Of a stretch of DNA of 64,000 bases, positions 47,275 through 58,380 are shown one piece after another. A program made the position numbers and the translations under genes. The notes below the pieces were generated by a model. That model did no database searches, had not been told where the DNA came from, and saw only the letters and a list, made by a program, of their open reading frames with translations. How positions within the stretch are numbered: position 1 is the first letter of the stretch; every line of letters begins with the position of its first letter. Source of the stretch: Zygnema circumcarinatum SAG 698-1b (taxonomy: Eukaryota; Plantae; Zygnematophyceae); NCBI GenBank assembly GCA_037447605.1, contig CM074804.1:2976001-3040000 (forward strand). Direction: 5' to 3'.

Positions 47275-50200
47275 NNNNNNNNNNCCCCCCCCCCCCCCCC
47301 CCTCACCCTCCTCTCTCTCTCTAGCCCCTTCAGTCGCTCACCTTCGCCACACCGCACCATCTGGAATCTCCTCGAAAAGAAAACAACCGCCCTTCACCTC
47401 CGCGAGTTCCTTCTTTGTCCCACCTCCCACACACCACCTGCATTCAACAACACTGAGTTCAAGCTTAAAAAAGAGGGTTTTGGGGGGTGGGGGGGAGGGG
47501 GGGAGAGGTGAAGAGAAAGACTGCAAACATCAAAGAAAAGAAAGACCTGACCTCATAATCAAGTCCGCTAATGTACGCCATTGAGGGGTTGATGGAGGAA
47601 AAGGAGAGTCCTGTTATCTGCATGGCCCAAAAAGGTAAAAATTCTCATCTAACTAATTAAAAGGCAGATGAGTCATGTACATCTTCTTCTGCAAAGTGAT
47701 CATCCTTCATGCTACTCTCTAAACATCAGCGGATCCACTCCCGCTCACTCCCGCATGCACTCTCTGCACCTAACAAGAAACACAAAAACACATACACACA
47801 TTCCGCTTCACTTATCAGAAATCTCCTTGTTCCTCGTTGATTACTTCCTCCCCCCCTCCTCACCTCATGCTTCAAGCATCCCACCCATCGTGACCTCACT
47901 CTCCACCTGCATCACAAAAGCATCCCTCCCTCAAATTTTCAGTAGAAGAACATACTATCTACCTAACGAATAAAAGCCCCCGCTCACACAAGCAATGCTC
48001 CATTCCGCCCTCCTCTCTCAGAAGCAAATCTTCGGCCTCCGCCCTCCCACCTGAGAGCGTCATAGACTGCCAGAACCCTCTCCGCTCCGCCCACTCCCAC
48101 CAGTCCTGTTGAATTCTCCTGGGCACATGCCACGGCATAGAGAGGCTCTCCCCCAGGTGCTGGCAACAGACGCTCCATGCAGCCTCCTCTCTCCCCCGCT
48201 CTCATATCCCATATGGAAACCTGAGTTGCTCTCCCACACCGACTTGAAGGTAATAAGGGAGAGTCCTCATCAAGGTTCATAACGAGAGTATACCTATAAG
48301 TATCAACTTGATATAACGGAAAGTCACAGCAGGCAGAGAAGTTTCCTTCTAAATGTGGTCTCCTCTTGTTCCAAATGAGTTAATACTTGAAGAGTGGGAT
48401 GGGAAGAGAGTGAAGGGGGGGCACCAGCGCTCCCTCCACTACCACAAGCGCTCTTTGAGGATATGTGAGAAAAGTGAGGGCAGAAGGAGGCTGCAATCTG
48501 CACGTGGAGACACAACGGAATTGAAACTTTAACTTTGCGCATGTGAATGCGACACAGTCGCAGATGAAGTTAGGAGATGAAGAGCTCTAGAAAATTAAAA
48601 AAAAAACTGAAACCCTAATTTTGCAGGACTTGGGAGGTGGAGCAGGACTTGCGTTGGCAGAGTGCGCAGAGGTCGACCTCCATCATAGAGATCAATAGAT
48701 TTCGAAAAAAAACGAGCCGTTGCCACCTGGAAAATAAGAAAAACGTAGCGCCCTTATGTCATTCAACAGCTGAAACGAAAAAGCCTCTGCCCTTTAATCA
48801 AGGCCTTGCCTTTGCATGCAGCACTTTATCAAATGAGCACTTTGTGGTGATGCATGTCTTAATCTCTCTGCCAATCGGAAGAGAACAGGCTGCACCAGTG
48901 AAGGCTCGCCTGGGGCAAACGCTACTCCCGCCCAACCTCCCTCTCCCGCGCAGATGGGAGGCTCGCCTCTCCACTCCTGCTCCGCTCTCACGCTGCCATC
49001 TATCCAACCCTCCACTCCTCCCTCAGAAAAGGCTCATTAGAAAGGATCTGAATAATCTCTTCACTCCCACTCTTCTCTCCCCACTCCCTACCCTCCTCCG
49101 CCCCCACCATTTTCTTCCCTCTCTTGCCTTTTAACTTTTTCCTTTTTTGACAGGGTTCATCTGTTGTTGACTAACCTGCAACGTCAGTGGTAACGGAGGC
49201 CACCATAAGTTTTCCGAAAGAGTCAACAGAGCCTAGGAGTGTGGGTCCCTCTGCATTGACAATCCCGTTATGGGCTTAGAATTTAAGTAATGCCGCTGCG
49301 CGTCTACTGAGGAGAAAGAAAAGAAGGAGAATGTAAGATAGACATAAAAACGAAAAGTCTCGTGATAAAGAAAGCTAGGGGGGGGGTGGCGAGAGAGAGA
49401 GAAAGAAATATCGTGCGAGAGAGAGACAGAGAGAGAGCGAGAGAGAGACAAAAGGGCTAACCTGCAGTTGCTGCTATGTCAATGGCTTGAATCTCATGTC
49501 GGTGAGTCGGAAGGTCCAGCCGGGTCGTTACTGCGCCCTTTCTCCACAGCGTGCAGCAAGTTCTATAATACATAATAAAATAATGATTCAATAATAAATA
49601 TAGTACATATTCGATCGCTAAACTTAATGAACAAACAAAGCGTACCGCTTCAAGTTTACCTCGGCCTCAGCTGGAAACCAAGCTCGAACTGACCCTCCGC
49701 AAAACCGAAGGAGATAACGACGATGTCTACACTTGATAGAAAGCGCGGGAGAATCTTGTGCATGCAATGAGCTGATTGCGATCGGGATAGATGAAGTAAG
49801 ATAAGGAGTGAGCCAGGGTTCAGGATTCAAGCGTTCGAGCGTTTTAAGGTTTAAGGTTTCGGATCTTAGGGTTTAGAGTTTAGGATTTTAGAGTTTTAGG
49901 GTTCTTAACATTTAAGGATGACTGTTTCAAGGGTAGAATTTTGAGTTAAAAAGTAAGCTCTAAACTCTAGACTCTAAAACTCTTAATCCTAAGCCCCTAA
50001 ATCCTAGAGCATAAACCCTAGACGCAGGGCCTCACCTGCACCTCCATAGGGACCAGCATGCTGGCCTTCCCCTCCTGCACTTCTGCTGACTCCATTGGTA
50101 CCTACGCAAAATGAATTACAAACAAGAAATAGAATCAATATATACAGCAATAGACAAGAAAGCAAAAGAAATTTCAATAAAACAACGCGATGAATGCACT

Positions 50201-50301
50201 AGCGAATGCATGCCTCACACAATTACCAAAATCGCAAGAGGGCATGAGATGGGTGCCAAACGACCATGCACGGAAGAGCAACAATAACATTGAGTGAAAA
50301 G

Positions 50302-50336
<35 letters not shown>

Positions 50337-50346
50337 NNNNNNNNNN

Positions 50347-50385
<39 letters not shown>

Positions 50386-50865
50386 AATGTTGTCATGTAA
50401 TTACAACATGTATACATGTACATGTATAACATGTATAAACCAACCATGCTTTAAACCAGGATGTATAAAATCCAGGAAAAAATAGCAAGAACAAGAGATT
50501 TAAAATCCACCATGGCTCACCTTCACGTGATACAAATGTGGCCCCGATGCCACGAACACAGCTGCTGCATGGTCATGCATGTCCGTAACCTGCATACCCA
50601 TGCACAGGCACGCACCTGCCTGCTGGTCTCAAGCTTTATAAAGCACGCAAACCGCATTCGGAACTCAAAAAAACTCCTAATTACGTAATGTATGACGAGG
50701 GTCAGGGTTCCTAAGGTTTTAAGAAAAATGCCGAGTCCTCACAGCCGTTCTGCGGCCCTGTACGGTTCCCGGCGACGGCCCCCTCAGACCGAAGGCCACG
50801 GCTGCCCTGCTAATGCCACGTGGCACGGGAACGGGGCCCACGCCCGCGCACCTACCGGGAGCCAT
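45524..50865 (-). CDS. Plant-conserved WD40/beta-propeller-like protein of unknown function
   Basis: Exons 50865-50743 (tentative), 50589-50521, 50101-50036, ~49540-49462 (acceptor unresolved), 49250-49176, 48999-48896, 48726-48653, 48497-48425, 48220-48051, 47906-47864, 47617-47552, 47437-47342, 45660-45524. Peptides VASGPHLY, GKASMLVP, HRHEIQ, LGSVDSFG, GEGGWAGVAF, FSKSIDLYD, VSIWDMR...GGC, FSFRGDSRW and GCCESGNVFVA follow a conserved land-plant protein in order (from recall). Confidence 0.8.
49815..50022. repeat. Degenerate telomere-like (TTTAGGG) repeats in two opposite orientations, intronic
   Basis: G-strand variants at 49815-49917 (TTAGGGTTTAGAGTTTAGGATTTTAGAGTTTTAGGG). C-strand variants at 49955-50022 (CCCTAAATCCTAG, TAAACCCTAG). 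Confidence 0.7.
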
Positions 50866-50939
50866 GGCGGGAGGAGGAGGAGGTGGTGGTGCAGGAGCAT
50901 GAGATCGCGCTCACCACGTGGTTTCCTACGGCACGCACC

Positions 50940-51045
50940 GCCATGCATGATGATGGACCATGGCATGATGAGCCACGCATGGTGATGGGCCATGGCATGG
51001 GCCATGCATGATGATGTCCCATGGCATGGGCCATGCATGGCCACG
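50940..51045. repeat. CATG/CATGCATG-rich repeat block in the divergent WD40-NTMC2 intergenic region
   Basis: GCCATGCATGATGATG x2, CCATGGCATG x3 and three CATGCATG (RY-like). (CGTAT)n follows at 51187-51215. Confidence 0.75.
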
Positions 51046-51494
51046 CAGGAGGGTGCGCCGTGAGGTGGGCGTTTCCATGCGACAAATCGCAGTGCCGATG
51101 CGAATCAAACGAGCTGTTCAACTGCGACAGGCGATTTGCTTCGCCGTTCCAGTTCCCGTATAAATCGGGTTACTGTATCAATGTAGCGTATCGTATCGTG
51201 CGTATCGTATCGTATGGATGGTATCGAAATCCCGTTGGGAGGGTCGTCGGCAGAGACTGGTCACCAGTTCGGTGTGGGGAAGGCCGAGGACAGACTGGAC
51301 TTGGGCCTAAAGGGACGGAGCAGGGCCATGGCCATGGCTATGTCTCGGAGCATCTTGCAGTGCAGAGGGTCGGGGCCTGAAAGGAGGCCCATGAAGAAGC
51401 AGTCCGCGAGGGCCAGGGCGAGGGCGAGGGTGAGGGTGAGGATTTGCAAAGGCGTACTTTTCGGGAGGTGTCGGCTGTATGGCGCGGCTGCGTG

Positions 51495-54400
51495 ATGCAG
51501 GAGGCTTGTCAGCAAGGAGGCGGAAAGCAGGGAGGGGAGCAGGCCATTCATAGCTCGCAAGGAAATGGAAAAAATCTTCAGGAGGGCTTGGATGGGCGGA
51601 TTTTGAGGCAGGCAGCCATGGCTGCAGCAGCTGATACTGGAATGCAGCGTCCACGGTGGAGAGAGGAGTTTGCTATTGCCTGGAAGTGGCAGCAGCGGGC
51701 TCAGTCTACGATAGGAGGACTGCTGCAGGGTGTGTGGGAGTGGCCTATGGCGGTGCACTGCAGCTTCGTTGTTGCAGGTTGCTGGATGGCCGGCAAGGAT
51801 GGCTGGAGCTTGCCGTTCGTGTTCATGCTGTCGATGTTTTATCTCTGGGAGGTAAGCCGGGGCCTTATCTGAGACGTTTGCAGTTTTCTGTAACACCTAT
51901 GAGGTTACTTTGGTGGGAGAGAGTGTGTCAAGAGGGATACAGACAGAATGACCAATTCATTGATGTGTTGGAACTTTTTTCCTTCCCATAAACGGATAAG
52001 GTTGGTTCTCGAATTATTGTGTTTAGTTCATTTGATTGCGTTGTCCAAGAGGTTGGGAGCTAGTTTGTGCCAGTTTATGGTGAGAATTCATTTTTCAAGA
52101 TGTTGAAATGAGAGAGTCGTTGCGTGCTCTGTTAATTCAGGAGCGTATTTGAGGCTCAACTTCTGCTGCTTACTGTCTGCTTAATCCTACCGAAGAAAAC
52201 AAATATTGCTGTTCCTGCAGGTTTACCAGAGGAAAGGTGATGTTTTGTTGAAGTAATCATATGCCCGCTAAATGTGTACTTAATGTTGAACTGAAATCGG
52301 GAAGAAATGACCCGTATTGTTTCCATTCCCTGTACCCTTAGTGACGGGTGCCAATCCTGAATAAAAGGTTTCTTACTTTACGTTGTGCTTGCAGATTGCC
52401 AAGCGGCAAAGGATTCGGATGATTCATCGCATTCGACATGAAGAGCGCAAAGCTGCCAGCCGAAGGAAGCCAATGTCAGAGAGTGAAACTGTTCGGTGGC
52501 TCAATACGGTCACGGAGCGGATGTGGCCAACATGGCTGGAGCACTTTTTGTCACAGGAGGTTCTGCCATCTTTGGCGCCATGGTTCTTTGACAAGTACAG
52601 GCCGTGGCAACTGGTATGTGCAGCAGATGAAATTGCACGATTAGTTTTTGACAATAAATTTTAACGGGTATGTTGTGGACATTTTGGTTTGTGGACCCTC
52701 TCTACTCAAGTGGCATCTCGAGTCAGTCCTGCAATCTCAGGCATGGTACTGAATGTGAAATTAATGTCACTGGAATCATATCAGCATGCAACATATTGAC
52801 GGAAGTTTTCAATTTGCGGTTTGGCTGGAGCAGAAGCAGGCAGTGTTGCAGCGTCTTTATCTCGGTAGTGCGGGGCCTCTACTTGCCACAGCGCGAATTG
52901 TGCCGACTCACGGCTATGATGACCACGTGGTGAGATTCTTGAGCACAAAAAAAGTGGTAGTCATGGAGTAAGCCTTAGTTGTAGCACCCTTAGGTTCTTG
53001 CAATTGAATTTTGTGATTTATCAGTGAATGGAAGGGAGGGCTGCCATCCCTTCGCCTTCATGACTTCCTGCTCCTGTTAACTATAACCTACTAGATATAT
53101 AAACGTCTAGGGGCGGCCCTGCTGCATAGCATTTGCAAGTTTGAGGAATTCGTGCTGTCGTCCACGCGTAGTTGATCGTTGAAGCCAGCCTGAGAAATTA
53201 ATTTACGGTAGAATGTCCATGACGTTTGGGTTTCGTATATCTTATTTTTGTCATAAGCCTTTAGTCTATCCTTGTCCGTGAACATATTGCAGAGTATTTG
53301 GAGCTCTTCTGCACATGCGATGTAAATATACAACTGCTTTAACAAACTATGACGAATGCACATCAACTATGAATATCATCGGATTTGACGGACCATATTG
53401 ATCATGGGAACACTACATGTATAGATATTATCAGATTGAAAAAAATCATCAGTTGGTATTGTCAAGGGATCTTTTTTCTGTTGCTTTTTAAAACGGATAC
53501 GGTATTGACACCTGCAGGTCTTGGAGATGGCAGGGGAGTTTGTGGCCTCCCCAGATATGTATGCTGTAATTGCTGGACAGCCTCTGCGGCGTTTTGGCCT
53601 CGGATTGTGGGGGACCTGCCATGTCTCTAATCTCATCATTGAAGGCAAGGTAAGAGAGGAAAAACTGCTTCTGAGAGGAGGTCGATGCGCGTGACCGCCT
53701 AATTCTGAGTCTGCCGATCATTCAGAACATTGAACATGCTATTGTATTGTTTGTTTTTGCCTATCATTCGCATGTGTTGATTTGCTCGCTCTTCGAATGC
53801 ATGTCGTACTATCTGAGTTTTGACTACTGTTATCGGGAGGGAGGGGACGGTCATGCCAGGTCCTTGTAGGCATGAAGTTCCTTCCTGGCTGGCCCTATGT
53901 TAGCAGGCTAAGGCTCTCCTTTGCTGGAGCGCCATATGTGTCAGTTACAGTTCGTCCGATTATCAACTTCGGAATCGATATTGCGGAACTTCCAGGAATC
54001 TCTGGTTGGCTGGTGAGGCCCCAACGGTCTCCTCAGAATTCAACAACGCAACTGAAGTTGAGATGAACAGTTTTGTTGGGGGGGCTGCATTCACATGCAT
54101 GCTTAGGTATGTGAAACCACTGAGGAGCCAAAAACAAATTTCTCTCTCATATGATCATCATTCGAATCTTGAGGGCTTGTCCTGCACCAAACAGGACAAG
54201 ATGCTCGCTACAGCGCTGGAAAATTCTATGGTGGAGCCCAACATGCTGGTGGTGGACGTCCAGAAGCTCATAGCTCACTACATGCCCACTCCAGCAGGAC
54301 CCCAGTCGTCAAGCGCTCCTGCCCATCCCAGTAAGGAATTCTACATACGAACTGAAAGAAACTTGACAATTCTGAAGGCCCTAAAAAAATTAGAAACTCT

Positions 54401-57354
54401 GAAAGTCCTGGTGTTGTAACGAAGCAGGAAAGTGATGTGAAAGAGACAAGAGATGTGGTCGTTATCAGAGTCATCCGTGGGTTTACTTGTGTTCCTCAGT
54501 CACACTTTTACCAGCTGGGCCGATACACCAAGTTGTACTTATGGAGAAAGCATAGTGGTGACTGCGGAAATGATGTATTGAGTGAGGATATCTGTTCTAC
54601 TTCCATGGCATTTTTTGTTGATTCATCAGTAATCTAATACTGTTCGCCATCCCATTTAAGCACCCAATAGCTGCACGTTGTAGGCAGAATGAAAATTACT
54701 TCTGATGCAGGCTATCCTGACTGTTTTTTCGGACGACTTGCAGGCTGTCTGGAAGGTCAGAATGCCCTGAAGTTGGGGACTTGCTGGGATGGCAGCTGAG
54801 TTCTTGCAGGTGAAAGAGATGGAGCCGCGCGCTCAGGTCCTCATAGAACTTTTGGAAGCCAAAAACCTAAAAGCATCTGATTCCAACGGTAAGCTGTTTG
54901 GGCCTTTCTGTCGCGTACTTTCTCCTCCATTTCCTCCTGAGGAGTTCCAGAGATGGGCTTGAGTTCTCTCTTTGCGGTGGAAAGTTAAGAATGGAAGCTT
55001 GTCTAACGGGAATAACTAATCTATGCAGGCTTTTCCGATCCATATGTGAAGGGAGCTCTTGGAGCGGCCAGATTTAAAACGAATGTGAAGCGGAAAACTT
55101 TGTCTCCCCAGTGGTTTGAGGAATTTCGTGCGCCAATTCCTAGCTGGGAAAAACCGAACCTTCTGGTTTTGCGCGTGCGGGACAAAGACATGTTCAAGTC
55201 GGACGAGCTCGGGTGAGGGGACCCTGATCTCAAAGAAGTAAATTTGGACCTCCTCAAGTTCTTGGAATATGCTCAAAAGACTCTCGCTTTCACCCTCCCC
55301 TCACTCTCCCTCCGTCCTTTCCTCCCTCACCCCCTCTCCGCGTCCCTCGTCTCTCCTCCCATCTCCCTCCTCCTCTTCCACCTCCCCTTCCCAGCCCCCT
55401 CCCCTTTCCCCTACTCCTCCCCCTCTCCTTCCTCCNNNNNNNNNNCCCCCCCCCCCCCCCCCCCCCCCCCATCCCCCGTCACCACTTCCTCACTCCTCTC
55501 TTTCTATCTCTCGCTGATTGTCTGTCTGTCTGTCTGTCTAATCTCTCTGTCTGTCCCACTCGTGCAGTGAGAGCAATGTCTATGAAAATCTGACTGGTTA
55601 ATGCATTCCTGTGGCGTGGTCGCAAATTTTTCATCAGATATTGCGTGTTGGACTTAAGCCGCTACAGAGGAGGGCAGCGGATTGAATTTTGGGAAGAACT
55701 GAAAACCGTGAAGACAGGGAAACTCCGTTTAGCCATCACCATTATTGAAAATGACAAGCATGAAATGGCGGATGGATCGTCTGCACAGATTCCTTCAGGT
55801 ACAAATTTACAGGAGGAGAACAGGCTAAAGGATTCCGTTTTCAATTCTACAGCTCAAATTCTGGGAGAGACTGCAAATAGTGGTACGAGAGCTTTGACAG
55901 GGAGTGAGAACATTTCGAACAGTAGCACACAAATGACTATCTCCGCATCTGCTCAAGCGAAGGGGCTTGGCTTCAATCCAAGAGATCACGCAGGACAAGG
56001 GCAGGAGGACGTACAGAATATGGCAGAGGTTTTCAAGAGAGAAGGAAAGCAGGAAAGGGCTGGCAAAACAGAGAGTTTGGTGAAGGAAGACTCAGAGAAA
56101 AAGCATGCGGCAAAGAATTCCACTAAAATAGGGATACTTATAGAAGAAAAATCGACTAATTTGGAATCTAGAAACGCTCTTCGCTCGGTTGGTTCCTTGG
56201 AAGAGTGGAAAGATTTGACAAGCATGCAGATGTCATCACGAAATCGCACTGTCACCTTCCCTTCTGGATCTGCAAAAGGTAGTGAAGAGTACCGCCTCTT
56301 GTTTCCACGTCAGGCTAGTAAGAGTGCCCCTGTGACCCCAATTTGCACCTCTCCATCCCTCTCACCAAGGAGCACCTCCTCCACGCCCACAGCCTCCCAC
56401 TCAGCTGAGTGGAAGGCTGTGGAAATCGAGCAGTCGAGAAAGAGTACTGGTGATGAACCGGGAATGGGATTTTTTAACTATTTCGACGCCTGGACAAAGG
56501 GTAAAACGTCGGTATCGCCTCCTTCACAGGCTTCCTCTAGAGGCAGCCACTCTCCCACTTTACGTCACAGCTCCGCTTTTTCTCCTCAGAGAGGCCAACC
56601 TCCCTTTGGCAGTAGTAAAGAAGTTGACCAGAAGATTCCTGTGTTGAATTCTACTCCCGCAGTGGAGGTAACCCATCTGGGAGAATATTGCAGAGTGAAG
56701 GATGAAACCGAAGTTGTTGATGTTGGTGTGGGACCTCCTGGCTTTGTGACACTTGTAAGGCCGGGAGAGGGTGCAACTGATTTAGAATATAAAGGGAGAA
56801 CAGGGGGAAGGAGGAGTGAGGCAGCAGCTCGGGCAGGGTATTTAGAGGGAGAGGGACGGAAGAGCATACTAGAGGCTGCCTTGGAGACCTTGACAGGAAA
56901 GCATCCGCATGCCGAAGGGGACTTTGATGCTAAGGGAGTGACCTGTACATGGAGGGGAGAAGAGACCGCTTTGGAGGACCTTGACAAGTGGGATGAAGAT
57001 ACGACAAAACCGGAGAAGAAGAAATGGAAAGCTGGGGGTTCGAAGAAGCAGAAAGAGAGTATTGTGGATGATGGGAAGGAGAGAGGCAGTTCAAGGAGCT
57101 TGAGCAGTGCCTCTGCAGGGAATGCTGTCCTATTAGCGCACAGTGGATGGATGGAGGGTCAGGATACTCTACATACGAGAAGGGAAAAGCAGGAGATGGA
57201 AGAGGAGAGAGTGGAGGATAAGGGGGCTGTTGTTCCATTGGACGATGACATTGATGAGGGCATTCAAAGCTTGAGATCAAAGGCTCGCACCAAAAGGAAC
57301 ATGGTAATGAAGTCTATCGATGCCGTTACTAATGTCTTCAGGAAATCATCGTAA
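51495..57354 (+). CDS. NTMC2T6: N-terminal-TM SMP + C2 domain protein (At1g53590/NTMC2T6-like, synaptotagmin-related)
   Basis: Exons 51495(ATG uncertain; alternative 51618)-51851, 52395-52613, 52834-52929, 53518-53649, 53860-54012, 54195-54330, 54796-54888, 55029-55212, 55638-57354. Motifs ESETVRWLN..ERMWP, PWFFDKYRPW, ELPGISGWLDK, PNMLVVD and C2 SDSNGFSDPYVKG...KTLSPQW.EEF...RDKD. Confidence 0.9.
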
Positions 57355-58380
57355 CAGTTCACTTGCAGATAATAGAAAGTCCTCGAACGTGAGGAGACGC
57401 TCAGAGAGGGAGAAGGTTGATGTAGTGGAGTCTGGCATCTTTTGGAATGAGCCTTTTGTGGAGAACATCTCATGCGCTGGTCTTGCATTGTGTGGGTCAA
57501 GGCATGCGCCCGCATGCGCACCCATCGCTAGACCTCTGTCGTAATTGTCCATCATTGCTAGGGCTTCAAGGTGATGTAAAGTGTCCTTTCTGAAGATTTG
57601 TACGTATCAGGTGTGATGTTGGAGGGACTGTCTGTTTAAAGGGTCCAGACTAGGTGCTTGCATTCGCATTTTGCAATGCTGGTGAAAAACCAGTGCATGG
57701 GGACAGCAATGGGACCGTCAAACGTGTGACACTGGTTAGTGTGCAGTTATACATATGTCTGTACGGTTTTAGAACAAACTTCGACACTCATTGCTGTCTG
57801 GAAAATGTGGATGGGTTACGGTCTATCTTTTACGGTATTCTGCCTGAAAAGCTTTGAACCAGCTTATCAACGACTTTCGTAAAGTGGAGTTCGAAACTAG
57901 TACGTGTTTCCGCTAATTTTCTTAGCAATGAGATAGAAGTACTGCTTCCAAACCCCTACGATTTTTTGATTGATATGCCCTTCTACGGTTTGGTAATCTT
58001 GAATGAAAAGTAGAGGATTTGCCTGCTGCTGTTTTGAAAGTAGTATTCTTTATTCTGCTGTTGTGAATCACAATGTGGGAACCACGTACTAAGTTCGAAG
58101 TATGATCTTGATTGACCAGCTTTTCTATGATACCTGAAATTCCTTCGCTTGCTTTGGTTTCAACTGTCAATGCCGTAAGGCCCGCAACGTCGACTTCTCA
58201 TCCATGTCGCTTGTGCCGCTGTCCTCTGCACGTAGGGCACTTTTCCAGCTTACTGCACGGCCGAGTCGCGTCCTCACTAGGGATCGATATTATAACGCAG
58301 TGTCGTGTTCTAGAATTCCAGTAAAATGTTCTAAGAGTAAGGCCGTTTCATAGAACACTTTTAGAATGCCGTACAACAGA

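Larger units (their letters stand above)
24118..55445. other. Six 10-N scaffold gaps: 24118-24127, 29865-29874, 45812-45821, 47275-47284, 50337-50346, 55436-55445
   Basis: All abut G/C or A homopolymer or low-complexity runs, as expected for assembly breaks. Confidence 0.98.

Noticed and set aside
58302-58320. Heat-shock element (TTCTAGAATTCC)
   Set aside because: Only two correctly spaced nGAAn units, and far from a start site.
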